Below the pieces are notes generated by a model, which worked only from the letters and a program-made list of their open reading frames with translations, was not told the origin of the DNA and did no database searches. 64,000 nucleotides of DNA from a virus (Duplodnaviria; Caudoviricetes), in IMG/VR virus record IMGVR_UViG_3300037067_018091, positions 23,700 through 87,699 of that record; one strand, 5' to 3'. The position numbers were made by a program, and so were the translations under genes. This document shows positions 50,657 through 59,457 of the stretch, piece after piece (the first letter of the stretch is position 1; each line of letters begins with the position of its first letter).

Positions 50657-51573
50657 AAATTTTAATTACGGGTGGCACAGGTAGTTTAGGTTCGTGTATT
50701 GTAAATAGGTTGGTTAATGAAACCGATCATACTATTATTGTATTTTCTCGTGGCGAACAAAAACAGTTTCAGCAACGTTTAAAATATCAAAGTAATCTTG
50801 CAGTTGCAGATAAACAACAACGTATTTATTATGTTTTAGGAGATGTTTGTAATTCGAACGATGTTTTTAAAGTGTTTAATTTACACGCTCCGGATATTGT
50901 TATACACACTGCTGCACAAAAGCATGTTCGAATTTGCGATGAAAACCCTGAACAAGCGGTACGAACAAATATTTTAGGCACAATTAATGTTGCGGATGCA
51001 GCATTACAATATAATACTGTTATGTGCATGGTATCAACGGATAAAGCAGTAAATCCAACAACGTTGTACGGTATGACTAAAGCACTTGCTGAAAAACATC
51101 TTAATAATATTGCCATGCATCATCCAAAATTATTTTGCGGAGTTCGATATGGGAATGTACTTAATTCTGCCGGATCTTTAATTCCATTTTTTCGTGAAAA
51201 AGCAAAAATATCCGGGGATACTTTTTATGTCACCCATCGAGAAATGACTCGATTTTTCATTTCATTAGAAAAAGCGGTCGATTTAATTTGTCAAACTTTA
51301 ACTTATACTACAGGAAAGAAAGTATTCCCACATAAAACCATTGATTTATTTGGGACTGATGGTATATTTGTTATCCCAATGCTTAAATCGGTTAAAATTA
51401 TGCATCTTGCGGAATATTATGCAAAATTTAATAATGGTAGTATTAAGGTAATGCTTCCTTATCCTACAGAAAAGCTTCATGAAGAGATGATGACAAATTA
51501 TTCATCGAAAGATCATGTTATGAGTAAAAAATTATTAGAAAAAATGTTAGAAGAAGAAAATCTTTCAATATAA
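50653..51573 (+). CDS. NDP-sugar 4,6-dehydratase (PseB/FnlA/CapD family)
   Basis: ITGGTGSLG; HTAAQKHV; STDKAVNPTTLYGMTK; RYGNVLNSAGS; MTRFF. Confidence 0.9.
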   Translation: MKILITGGTGSLGSCIVNRLVNETDHTIIVFSRGEQKQFQQRLKYQSNLAVADKQQRIYYVLGDVCNSNDVFKVFNLHAPDIVIHTAAQKHVRICDENPEQAVRTNILGTINVADAALQYNTVMCMVSTDKAVNPTTLYGMTKALAEKHLNNIAMHHPKLFCGVRYGNVLNSAGSLIPFFREKAKISGDTFYVTHREMTRFFISLEKAVDLICQTLTYTTGKKVFPHKTIDLFGTDGIFVIPMLKSVKIMHLAEYYAKFNNGSIKVMLPYPTEKLHEEMMTNYSSKDHVMSKKLLEKMLEEENLSI

Positions 51574-51574
51574 G

Positions 51575-51745
51575 ATGACTGAAGAAGAAGAGAAAATACA
51601 AGTTGCGCTCGGTACTGGACAATATTGTATTGAGTGTAAAAAAATGTTATTAGTTACAAATTTAAATAATAGTGCAATTTGTAATTCATGTTTAATCAAT
51701 GGCCCTATTTGCAACTTACAAAAATATTTAAATGGTTTAGCATGA
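51575..51745 (+). CDS. Small ExxIQxALG-family protein with Cys pairs (56 aa, below cutoff)
   Basis: Translated by hand: MTEEEEKIQVALGTGQYCIECKKMLLVTNLNNSAICNSCLINGPICNLQKYLNGLA; ATGA-coupled to 51742. Confidence 0.7.
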   Translation: MTEEEEKIQVALGTGQYCIECKKMLLVTNLNNSAICNSCLINGPICNLQKYLNGLA

Positions 51746-52866
51746 TTCCACTTTTTAAAGTATATATGCCGGCCACTGCAGGTTATTTAGTGCAGAAAGT
51801 TATGTACTCAGGATATTTAGCTGAGGGGAAATGCGTTCAATCTTTTGAAGACGAACTAAAAAAGTTTTTAAAATGCGATAATGTAATTACAGTTAATTCT
51901 TGTACAAGTGCAATTCATCTCGCGTTAAAATTATTTGGAGCAAGTGAATTTAATAATTATGTATTATCAACTCCGGTAACATGCGTGGCTTCAAATGCTT
52001 CAATTGTTAATCTTGGCGCAACACCTATTTGGGTTGATGTAGATCCTAAGCATGGCATGATTACTTCTAAAACTCTTCGCAGAGCATATAATGAATGTCG
52101 TTATAAAGGATTAGATTTTAAAATTGCGGCACTTATATATGTATGCTGGGGCGGTGACATCGGGCCACTTAAAGAAGTTTCAGAGGTATGTAAAGAATTG
52201 GGGATTCCACTAATCGTAGATGCGGCACAAGCTTTTGGAGGAATTCCAAAAAATTTGGCAGATATTATATGCTATTCATTCCAAGCTATAAAGCATATTA
52301 CAACGGGTGACGGTGGCGCAATGCAATTTAAAGATACAGATTTAATGCAACGTGCAATTAACCTTAAATGGTTTGGAATTAATAGGGACAGCTTTAGAAC
52401 ATCGAACGGTGAAATTAATTGGTCATCGGATATACCAGAAATTGGATTTAAATTTCATATGAATAATATTGCTGGAGCGATTGGAACGACACAACTTCAA
52501 GATTCGATATTAAAATCGCGCCTTCGTAGTTATAATAATAATGATGTATTTTTAACTAATTCTTTACGAGGTATTTTAGAGCGTTCTTGGACGGGGGCGT
52601 CGACTTCTTGGGTATCTACATTTCTTTGTGAAGATCCAATTCAATTGATGGAATATTTAAATAAATGTAAAATACATACATCGCAAATGCATATCAATAA
52701 TAATATTTATACGGGATTTAACGATGCGCGTACGCTCACTCCTCTTACGGGCGCTGAAGAATTTATGCAACACCATATTTGTATTCCATGTGGTTGGTGG
52801 TTGAAACCTGAAGATCTTACATATATTATAAAAACGGTGAAAAATTTTTATGGCAAATCCATTTAA
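51742..52866 (+). CDS. DegT/DnrJ/EryC1/StrS PLP-dependent sugar aminotransferase
   Basis: MIPLFKV start (ATGA coupling, preferred to track 51688); NSCTSAIHLA; VDAAQAFG; SFQAIKHITTGDGG. Confidence 0.92.
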   Translation: MIPLFKVYMPATAGYLVQKVMYSGYLAEGKCVQSFEDELKKFLKCDNVITVNSCTSAIHLALKLFGASEFNNYVLSTPVTCVASNASIVNLGATPIWVDVDPKHGMITSKTLRRAYNECRYKGLDFKIAALIYVCWGGDIGPLKEVSEVCKELGIPLIVDAAQAFGGIPKNLADIICYSFQAIKHITTGDGGAMQFKDTDLMQRAINLKWFGINRDSFRTSNGEINWSSDIPEIGFKFHMNNIAGAIGTTQLQDSILKSRLRSYNNNDVFLTNSLRGILERSWTGASTSWVSTFLCEDPIQLMEYLNKCKIHTSQMHINNNIYTGFNDARTLTPLTGAEEFMQHHICIPCGWWLKPEDLTYIIKTVKNFYGKSI

Positions 52867-53638
52867 AGATATGGAACGAAAATATCAAGAAAGTTTTCGT
52901 ATACAAATTGATTGGGCATCTCTCTCAAATGAACGGTCGATAGAAGTACCGTGGCTTCTTAATCGTTTAAAAACAATTAAACCCGGAACACTTTTAGACG
53001 TTGGGTTTGCGGGAAGTTTTTATCAAAATGAAATTTTAGATTTAGGAATCGATTATACCGGTCTAGATTTCGATCTTTCCCGAATAACTGGACAATCTCT
53101 TTACGTCGGCGCCGATCGAAAATCTGCGTGGAAAGAATTGATTAAACGATTTAAATGGATTCAAGGGGATATAGTTAATTTACCTGAGGAACTTGCGCAA
53201 CAACAATTTGATATAGTTATGGCCATTTCAACAATAGAACACATTGTTCCCGCAGGATACGCATCAAATTATGAGAATTTCCAGGCTGATCTTAAAGCTG
53301 TTGCCAATATGAAGACTTTAGTTAAAAAAGATGGGAGTTTACTGTTAACTTTTCCGGTCGGGAAAACTGCGTATTTCTTTAATCCGGATATAAATCGAAA
53401 TACAGAAATTTTACGTAAAACGGGCAAGTTTAAAGAAGGCGTCCATGATCAAATGTTTTACGACTCAGGACGTATTAAACAAATAGTCGGTGATTGGACA
53501 ATTGTAGAGAAAAAATTTTACAAAAAGGACGATAAACAGTGGAATGAATGCTCCGAAGAAGCCGCATGTTCTGTTGAACATTTAACGTCGGAAGCAACCA
53601 CAGTTTGTTTATTGGAAATTAAAAATGAAACAACGTAA
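52850..53638 (+). CDS. Class I SAM-dependent methyltransferase
   Basis: RSIEVPW; LLDVGFAGS; ISTIEHI; LVKKDGSLLLTFP. Confidence 0.75.
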   Translation: MANPFKDMERKYQESFRIQIDWASLSNERSIEVPWLLNRLKTIKPGTLLDVGFAGSFYQNEILDLGIDYTGLDFDLSRITGQSLYVGADRKSAWKELIKRFKWIQGDIVNLPEELAQQQFDIVMAISTIEHIVPAGYASNYENFQADLKAVANMKTLVKKDGSLLLTFPVGKTAYFFNPDINRNTEILRKTGKFKEGVHDQMFYDSGRIKQIVGDWTIVEKKFYKKDDKQWNECSEEAACSVEHLTSEATTVCLLEIKNETT

Positions 53639-54464
53639 GTTATGGGCAGGGCCATGGGTAGGTGAGTTCGGGTGGGAACTATTTTGTTGGCAAGCATATT
53701 TACGTAAAATTGCCAAACAATACGATCACATAACTGTTTGTTCACGCCCTGGAAAAGAATTTCTTTATCAAGATTTTGCACATAAATTTTTACCTTTTAC
53801 CCCGCCCTCAGAAGACGTTACGATGTGGGCGAATTATGGTTTAGATGAAAATTATATAAATAGAATATTTGCTCCTCCTTTAGATACTACTTGGTTGGAT
53901 CCCCGAAAATTTCTTTCGGCCTTGTTGCAAGAACGTAAAAAACTTTCAGGTCTTACGGTTTTAGAGATGTTTACGCCACCCGATCAAGAATTTATCTCTT
54001 ACGGGAATCCAAATAAAGATAAAGCATTTGATATTGTCATTCATGCGCGGAATCGTACGGATAAAAAAGCATGGCCTGAGAAAAATTGGCCAATAGAAAA
54101 TTGGGATGCTTTAGTTGCGCATTTTAGTAATATGCGTATCGCATGCGTAGGACATCTATCAGCATCTAATGGCATAGATGGAACAATTGATTTACGCGGT
54201 ATTCCATTAAATGAGGTAGCTGATATTCTCGCCAGTAGTAAACTTTGTGTAGGTTGTTCTGATGGACTTTTAAATTTTGCAGCTTTATGTAAAACACCTA
54301 GATTAATTTGGACAATTAAATCTGAAGCAGAAAAGAATATAGATAGACACAGTAAATGCTGGAATCCTTTTAATGTGCCCGTACAAATGATTGTGCATGA
54401 TACTTGGCGCCCATCCCCATTACAAGTTATTAAAGCAATTGAGGAATATTTTGAACAAAGCTGA
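53625..54464 (+). CDS. GT9-like (heptosyltransferase-like) glycosyltransferase
   Basis: GEFGWE; KNWPIENWDAL; IDLRGIPLNEVADILASSKLCVGCSDGLLNFAALCKTP. Confidence 0.65.
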   Translation: MKQRKLWAGPWVGEFGWELFCWQAYLRKIAKQYDHITVCSRPGKEFLYQDFAHKFLPFTPPSEDVTMWANYGLDENYINRIFAPPLDTTWLDPRKFLSALLQERKKLSGLTVLEMFTPPDQEFISYGNPNKDKAFDIVIHARNRTDKKAWPEKNWPIENWDALVAHFSNMRIACVGHLSASNGIDGTIDLRGIPLNEVADILASSKLCVGCSDGLLNFAALCKTPRLIWTIKSEAEKNIDRHSKCWNPFNVPVQMIVHDTWRPSPLQVIKAIEEYFEQS

Positions 54465-54717
54465 ATATGAAGTACAAAAAGCGCTTGGACTTATGCATGA
54501 GTGGGATGTGTTTGCACGGTTTCAAAAAGATTCTTTTTATACTGTTTATGAAGTTGAGGCGCCAACAAAAGATATTGCACTTGCTTTAGGTTATGAAATT
54601 ATTTTAAAGCAAGGGTGTAAAATAAGTAGACAAGTAAATGGTACGTTTGCTATATTTGTCGAGGCGCGTTGTTTAAAAAGAATGGAAGGCTCTAAAGTTG
54701 CAAAAAAGCCCTATTAA
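54451..54717 (+). CDS. Small ExxVQxALG-family protein
   Basis: TTG start after GAGGA gives MNKAEYEVQKALGLM. Confidence 0.6.
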   Translation: MNKAEYEVQKALGLMHEWDVFARFQKDSFYTVYEVEAPTKDIALALGYEIILKQGCKISRQVNGTFAIFVEARCLKRMEGSKVAKKPY

Positions 54718-56170
54718 ATTAATTATAAAATCTCTTGGGGCCAAACTCGTGGTTTTGGACAACAGTTATCCATACTTAACTGAGTTATGGGGATATTTAG
54801 ATAGTTTTCTATCTTATGAAATACATAATAATTTTTTTATTAAAGCCATGAGTGGAAATTCTTGGGTTAGAGACACGTGGGACGGCCGGAAACATTTGTT
54901 TAATTCTCAAACCGGGGTTTTTCCAACAGGACTTTTACCTTATGTACTTGAAGGATTAAAACAATATAATATTCCATATGATGTGGAAGATTTACGACCG
55001 AAATATAATTGTGGAACAACTATTCCTACAGAAGATTTGTTGCCCAGAAATTATCAAGAAGATGCCGTTAAGCTTGCGATGGATAATAAACGGGGTATTA
55101 TTTGGGCGCGGCCAAGATCCGGCAAGACGATTTGTGAAATTATGTTAGTTTCGCGACTTGCAATATTTCCGGTACTTAGTATTTGTCAAAGTATTGATAT
55201 TGCAAAACAAACAAAAGAAAAATTTGTAAAATTTCTTCCAAGTGTCAAAGTGGGCATTATTGGGGATGGTGAATGTGATATTCAAGACATAACAATTACG
55301 ACTATACAATCGCTGGCGGCGGCGTATGATATTCAGGAAAAGATTCCTAAAAAAGAACAAGAACGTACCCCAATGCAACAAAAAAAGGTATTAATTCAAC
55401 AGTTAGTCGAAAGTGCAAAATTTGTATGGGTCGACGAATGTCATCATGCAGTATCAAATACGCATAAATTTATTTTACAAAATAAATGTTATTCGGCAGA
55501 ATATATTTTAGGATGTTCTGGGACGCCTTTTCGTGAAGATAATACAAATTTATTAATGGAAGGATTATTAGGACCTATAATATATGAAATCAATTACAGC
55601 AGATTAATTAACGACGGATTTTTGGTGCAACCTACAATTCATCTTATTAAAATTCCAAAAACATTGAGTATTTCCGATGATGAACCATTCGCGACACTTT
55701 ATAAACAAGCAATTACTGAAAACGATTTTCGTAATGATATAATTTCAAATATTGTGTCCAATTTGTCTAAACGCGGTAAAAGTTGCATGATTTTAGTGAA
55801 CAAAATTAAACATGGTGAAGAATTAGTTAAAAAAATTCCGGGGGCTAAATTTTCTCAAGCAAAATCTAAAGATAGAGCATCATTGTGGCATCAGTTACGT
55901 GTTAAACAATTAAAAGTTTTGATAACAACTCTTGGGGATGAAGGAATTGATATACCTTCATTAGATGCAACAATCATTGCCGCCGGCGGCGAATCAGCTA
56001 TAAAGGTTTTTCAACGCCTTCGATGTTTAACCCCATTTAAAAATAAACAACACGCAATAGTGGTTGATTTTTTGGACCCTTATAAATATTTACGGAGTCA
56101 TAGTAAGAAACGAGAACGTTTATATAGAAGTGAACCTAGTTTTAAAGTTGTGTATAGAAAAACAAAATGA
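54698..56170 (+). CDS. Superfamily 2 helicase (UvsW/DEAD-like)
   Basis: PRNYQEDA; ARPRSGKT; VDECHH; SGTP; EGIDIPSL; QRLR. Confidence 0.9.
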   Translation: MQKSPIKLIIKSLGAKLVVLDNSYPYLTELWGYLDSFLSYEIHNNFFIKAMSGNSWVRDTWDGRKHLFNSQTGVFPTGLLPYVLEGLKQYNIPYDVEDLRPKYNCGTTIPTEDLLPRNYQEDAVKLAMDNKRGIIWARPRSGKTICEIMLVSRLAIFPVLSICQSIDIAKQTKEKFVKFLPSVKVGIIGDGECDIQDITITTIQSLAAAYDIQEKIPKKEQERTPMQQKKVLIQQLVESAKFVWVDECHHAVSNTHKFILQNKCYSAEYILGCSGTPFREDNTNLLMEGLLGPIIYEINYSRLINDGFLVQPTIHLIKIPKTLSISDDEPFATLYKQAITENDFRNDIISNIVSNLSKRGKSCMILVNKIKHGEELVKKIPGAKFSQAKSKDRASLWHQLRVKQLKVLITTLGDEGIDIPSLDATIIAAGGESAIKVFQRLRCLTPFKNKQHAIVVDFLDPYKYLRSHSKKRERLYRSEPSFKVVYRKTK

Positions 56171-56481
56171 CAGAACAAGAAAAACAAATACAAATTGCAT
56201 TAGGAACATATTTACCATATATGTGGAAAGAATGCGAACAATTGTTTACTGAAGGTCTTATTCGTTTTGATGAAGCTAAAAAATTAGATAGTGTCGCCAT
56301 GGATTTCACACCTTTGGGGGATAAACTTATTATCGAAGGCCGTATATTGTATACGCAAGGAATGCAACTTTATATAGATGCAGTAAATGAAGTTTATGAA
56401 AAGAAAGAAGTTGAAATTAATTGGGCTAATGGCGAACTGGTAAAAGCAACAAAAGCAACAGTAGTAAAAGAAGTTAAATAA
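56167..56481 (+). CDS. Small ExxIQxALG-family protein
   Basis: MTEQEKQIQIALGTYL. Confidence 0.65.
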   Translation: MTEQEKQIQIALGTYLPYMWKECEQLFTEGLIRFDEAKKLDSVAMDFTPLGDKLIIEGRILYTQGMQLYIDAVNEVYEKKEVEINWANGELVKATKATVVKEVK

Positions 56482-56483
56482 TT

Positions 56484-57068
56484 ATGAGTATATTTTTAAT
56501 TAGAGAAGATCCAATTCAAGTAGATCGATGGCTCTTTAGTATTCGTGCGCGATTAGCACAATATAAAAGTGAAAATATGTCATTGAAGCAAGAAATAGAA
56601 CAACTTCGTAATAAACCAGATATTGTATATGATTTGCCAAAAAAGAAAAATTTAATAGTTAAAGGATCCGCAACAAAAATAGATATGCTTGCGCCAGTAG
56701 AAAAATGGAATACGCATCATTTCATACGACTTTTTCAAGAATTATTTCAAGATAAGTATAAAACAGATTTTGCAATACGGGGCGCACAGTGGAAAGCATT
56801 TGCATTGCGTATTAAACAATTTCGAGATTGCCATGAAGAAATTAGTGATAATTATGAATATAAAAATATGATTGAATGGTTATTTAAACACTCTTTCAAT
56901 AAAAAATTTATTGCATCTATTCCATTAATTACAAGTGATTCAATGTTGTATCAATGGAAAGGTGCTACTAATGGACGCCAACAAACTTCTCCAGAAGCAT
57001 TTAAAAAAATTGCAGCGATCGCACCGAAAACTCATAAAGATATTAGTGATATTATAGGATCATTCTAA
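56484..57068 (+). CDS. Hypothetical protein, possible replication initiator/loader partner
   Basis: 194 aa, directly upstream of the DnaC-like gene. Confidence 0.5.
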   Translation: MSIFLIREDPIQVDRWLFSIRARLAQYKSENMSLKQEIEQLRNKPDIVYDLPKKKNLIVKGSATKIDMLAPVEKWNTHHFIRLFQELFQDKYKTDFAIRGAQWKAFALRIKQFRDCHEEISDNYEYKNMIEWLFKHSFNKKFIASIPLITSDSMLYQWKGATNGRQQTSPEAFKKIAAIAPKTHKDISDIIGSF

Positions 57069-57829
57069 TGTTTGAATCTGATGCATTTAAAGTTTCTCAA
57101 GAAATTATTGATACTCTTCGTAAAAAATATTGCGATAATTGTTCTATTTGCAAAGGTCGGCGAATTCTTGAAACTGCTCAAGGACCTATTAAATGTGAAT
57201 GTGTTAAACAATTTAATCAAGAGTACGGTTTAATTCAAGCGAACTTGCCTAAAAAATTTCATGCATTGACAAAACATGATTTAGATCCTGAATTCATAGC
57301 ACAGAATACAGAAAATATGGCGTTGGTTGCGCAATATAATGATAAACTTGATGAAATGCTTAAATTGGGCAAAGGATTATTTTTACAAGGTGAAAATGGC
57401 GCGGGGAAATCTTTTATTGCTACATTAATATTACGAAAAGCACTTGAACTTGGATATACCGGATATTTTATTCTTCAACGAGATTTAGTAGATATTGCAT
57501 TCGCTGCGTTATTCGATAATGATATACAGAAAGATCTTGAAACAATAATTTGCCAAATAGATTTCTTAATTATTGATGAAATAGATAAAATATTTATAGA
57601 TAATGGGGAAAAAGTTCAAAATTTATTAGAAGGATTACTTAAAAAACGTTCTTACGTGGGTAAACCATTAATCGTCACGTCGAATAAAGTAATGTCTCAA
57701 TTAGGGGCTACTTTAGGTAAAACAATAGTATCAGCATTTGAAGAGGATTTAATTGAAATTACGTTTGTTGGAAATTATCGGCCAAAACTTAGTCAGCGGA
57801 ACAAGGATTTATTAAATGGCGATGAGTAA
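57068..57829 (+). CDS. DnaC/IstB-like helicase loader ATPase
   Basis: N-terminal CSICKG..CEC; GENGAGKS; LIIDEID; LIVTSN. Confidence 0.85.
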   Translation: MFESDAFKVSQEIIDTLRKKYCDNCSICKGRRILETAQGPIKCECVKQFNQEYGLIQANLPKKFHALTKHDLDPEFIAQNTENMALVAQYNDKLDEMLKLGKGLFLQGENGAGKSFIATLILRKALELGYTGYFILQRDLVDIAFAALFDNDIQKDLETIICQIDFLIIDEIDKIFIDNGEKVQNLLEGLLKKRSYVGKPLIVTSNKVMSQLGATLGKTIVSAFEEDLIEITFVGNYRPKLSQRNKDLLNGDE

Positions 57830-58070
57830 ACAAGAAATTGATAACATCGTAGATCAGTTTGTAATTGTTTTAAAAGAAAAATTACATAAAAATTTACATA
57901 AAGGTGGCTGGCGAACGGAAGATTATAGATATTTATTGTCTCGGTTAAAAGAAGAAACAGATGAACTTGAAAATGCATTAAATGAACAAAATTTTGAAAA
58001 TGCAATAAAAGAATGCGCAGACGTTGCTGCGTTCACTATATTTATTAATGATAGAATAATCAATGGCTGA
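57816..58070 (+). CDS. MazG-like nucleotide pyrophosphohydrolase
   Basis: LKEETDEL..KECADVAAF (ExxE..ExxD). Confidence 0.6.
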   Translation: MAMSKQEIDNIVDQFVIVLKEKLHKNLHKGGWRTEDYRYLLSRLKEETDELENALNEQNFENAIKECADVAAFTIFINDRIING

Positions 58071-59457
58071 ATTTTTTAACGCACAAACAGAAAAATCCGT
58101 ACTTAATGGATTACTCCAAGATGAAACATCTTTAGAGTACGGGATTAATTTATTGAATATCGATGATTTTTATGTAGAATCTCATAAATATTTATTTGAA
58201 ATAATTGTACGATTTTATCATAAATTTTTTAAGCCAATTAATAGAGAAATACTTATAAAATGGCTTACTAAAAATGATCCAAATAGGAAATCTGAAATAT
58301 TATTATTGTTTGGAGAAATTAAAGCACTACCTTTAGATGAATATTTACGATTTTATATTGATGAACTTACTTCTTTGGCTGCAAAACGTCGTTTATATTC
58401 TGTCTATAAAATAATTCAAACGGGTCTTGAAGATGATACAGATCCTGTAAAAATTTATAGTGGAATCACTACAGATATTCTTAAAGGAAATACAATTACT
58501 AATGTTTCACGTAAATGGATTTTTGATGATCCAGAAGAACGGATTCAAAGTTATATAGATCGAAGAGATCATCCTGAAAAATATAAAGGCGTTGCGTATA
58601 ATATTAAATCTTTAGATGATATAACTGGTGGAATGTTTCCGCAGCAATTGTATTTAATTATCGGCAGAACTGGTATGGGTAAATCTCGATTTCTATTTAA
58701 CATTGCTTGCAATGCTGCAAAAGCTGGTAAAAACGTGATGTATTGTACGATTGAAATGGAACTTAAAATGATCCAGCAAATGTGGGAATCTCGTGAAGCT
58801 CAAATTTCTTTAACTCGAATTTTACAACAACAATTAACGCCTGCCGATGAAGAAAGGTATTTTAAATTTTTAAGAGATCAGGCACAAATACAACACCCAT
58901 TTTATATTGTTGATATCCCACAAGGATGTACGACAGGTATTATAGAGGCAGAAGTTAATACGTTTAGAAAAATTCATGGGAAAGTTCCAGACATTGTTTT
59001 AATAGATTATGCAAATTTAATTGAACCGGTTTCAAAATATAGAGATCGAACTGAAAAATTTGATCATGTCTTTAGAGAATTAAAAGAAGCGACGCGTGCA
59101 AATAACACAATTTATTATACCGCCGCGCAGATGAACAGAGAATCATTGAAAGCAAAAAAAGCGGGTACGGAACATGTTGCATTCTCTGACGCATCTACCC
59201 ACCATTGTGATGGTATCTATCATATTCATTCAGATGAAAAAGATGAAATTAATCAAGAAGTTCATATAGATGTAATTAAAGGTAGATTTCATAAGAAAAG
59301 TCAAGTGTCATTATCTTGGGCGCGGGATACTAATCATATTCGCGACTGGGATGATTTAGTAAGGAGAGCGCCTAGTGCCCCTCAAAATACGGATGCAGCA
59401 GGAAACCAATCCAGTTCAACCGCAACCCAATCATCAAACGACGACGCAGATTACTGA
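58063..59457 (+). CDS. dnaB: Replicative DnaB-like helicase
   Basis: SLDDITGG; GRTGMGKS; TIEM; IDYANL; AAQMNR; IKGRF. Confidence 0.92.
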   Translation: MAEFFNAQTEKSVLNGLLQDETSLEYGINLLNIDDFYVESHKYLFEIIVRFYHKFFKPINREILIKWLTKNDPNRKSEILLLFGEIKALPLDEYLRFYIDELTSLAAKRRLYSVYKIIQTGLEDDTDPVKIYSGITTDILKGNTITNVSRKWIFDDPEERIQSYIDRRDHPEKYKGVAYNIKSLDDITGGMFPQQLYLIIGRTGMGKSRFLFNIACNAAKAGKNVMYCTIEMELKMIQQMWESREAQISLTRILQQQLTPADEERYFKFLRDQAQIQHPFYIVDIPQGCTTGIIEAEVNTFRKIHGKVPDIVLIDYANLIEPVSKYRDRTEKFDHVFRELKEATRANNTIYYTAAQMNRESLKAKKAGTEHVAFSDASTHHCDGIYHIHSDEKDEINQEVHIDVIKGRFHKKSQVSLSWARDTNHIRDWDDLVRRAPSAPQNTDAAGNQSSSTATQSSNDDADY

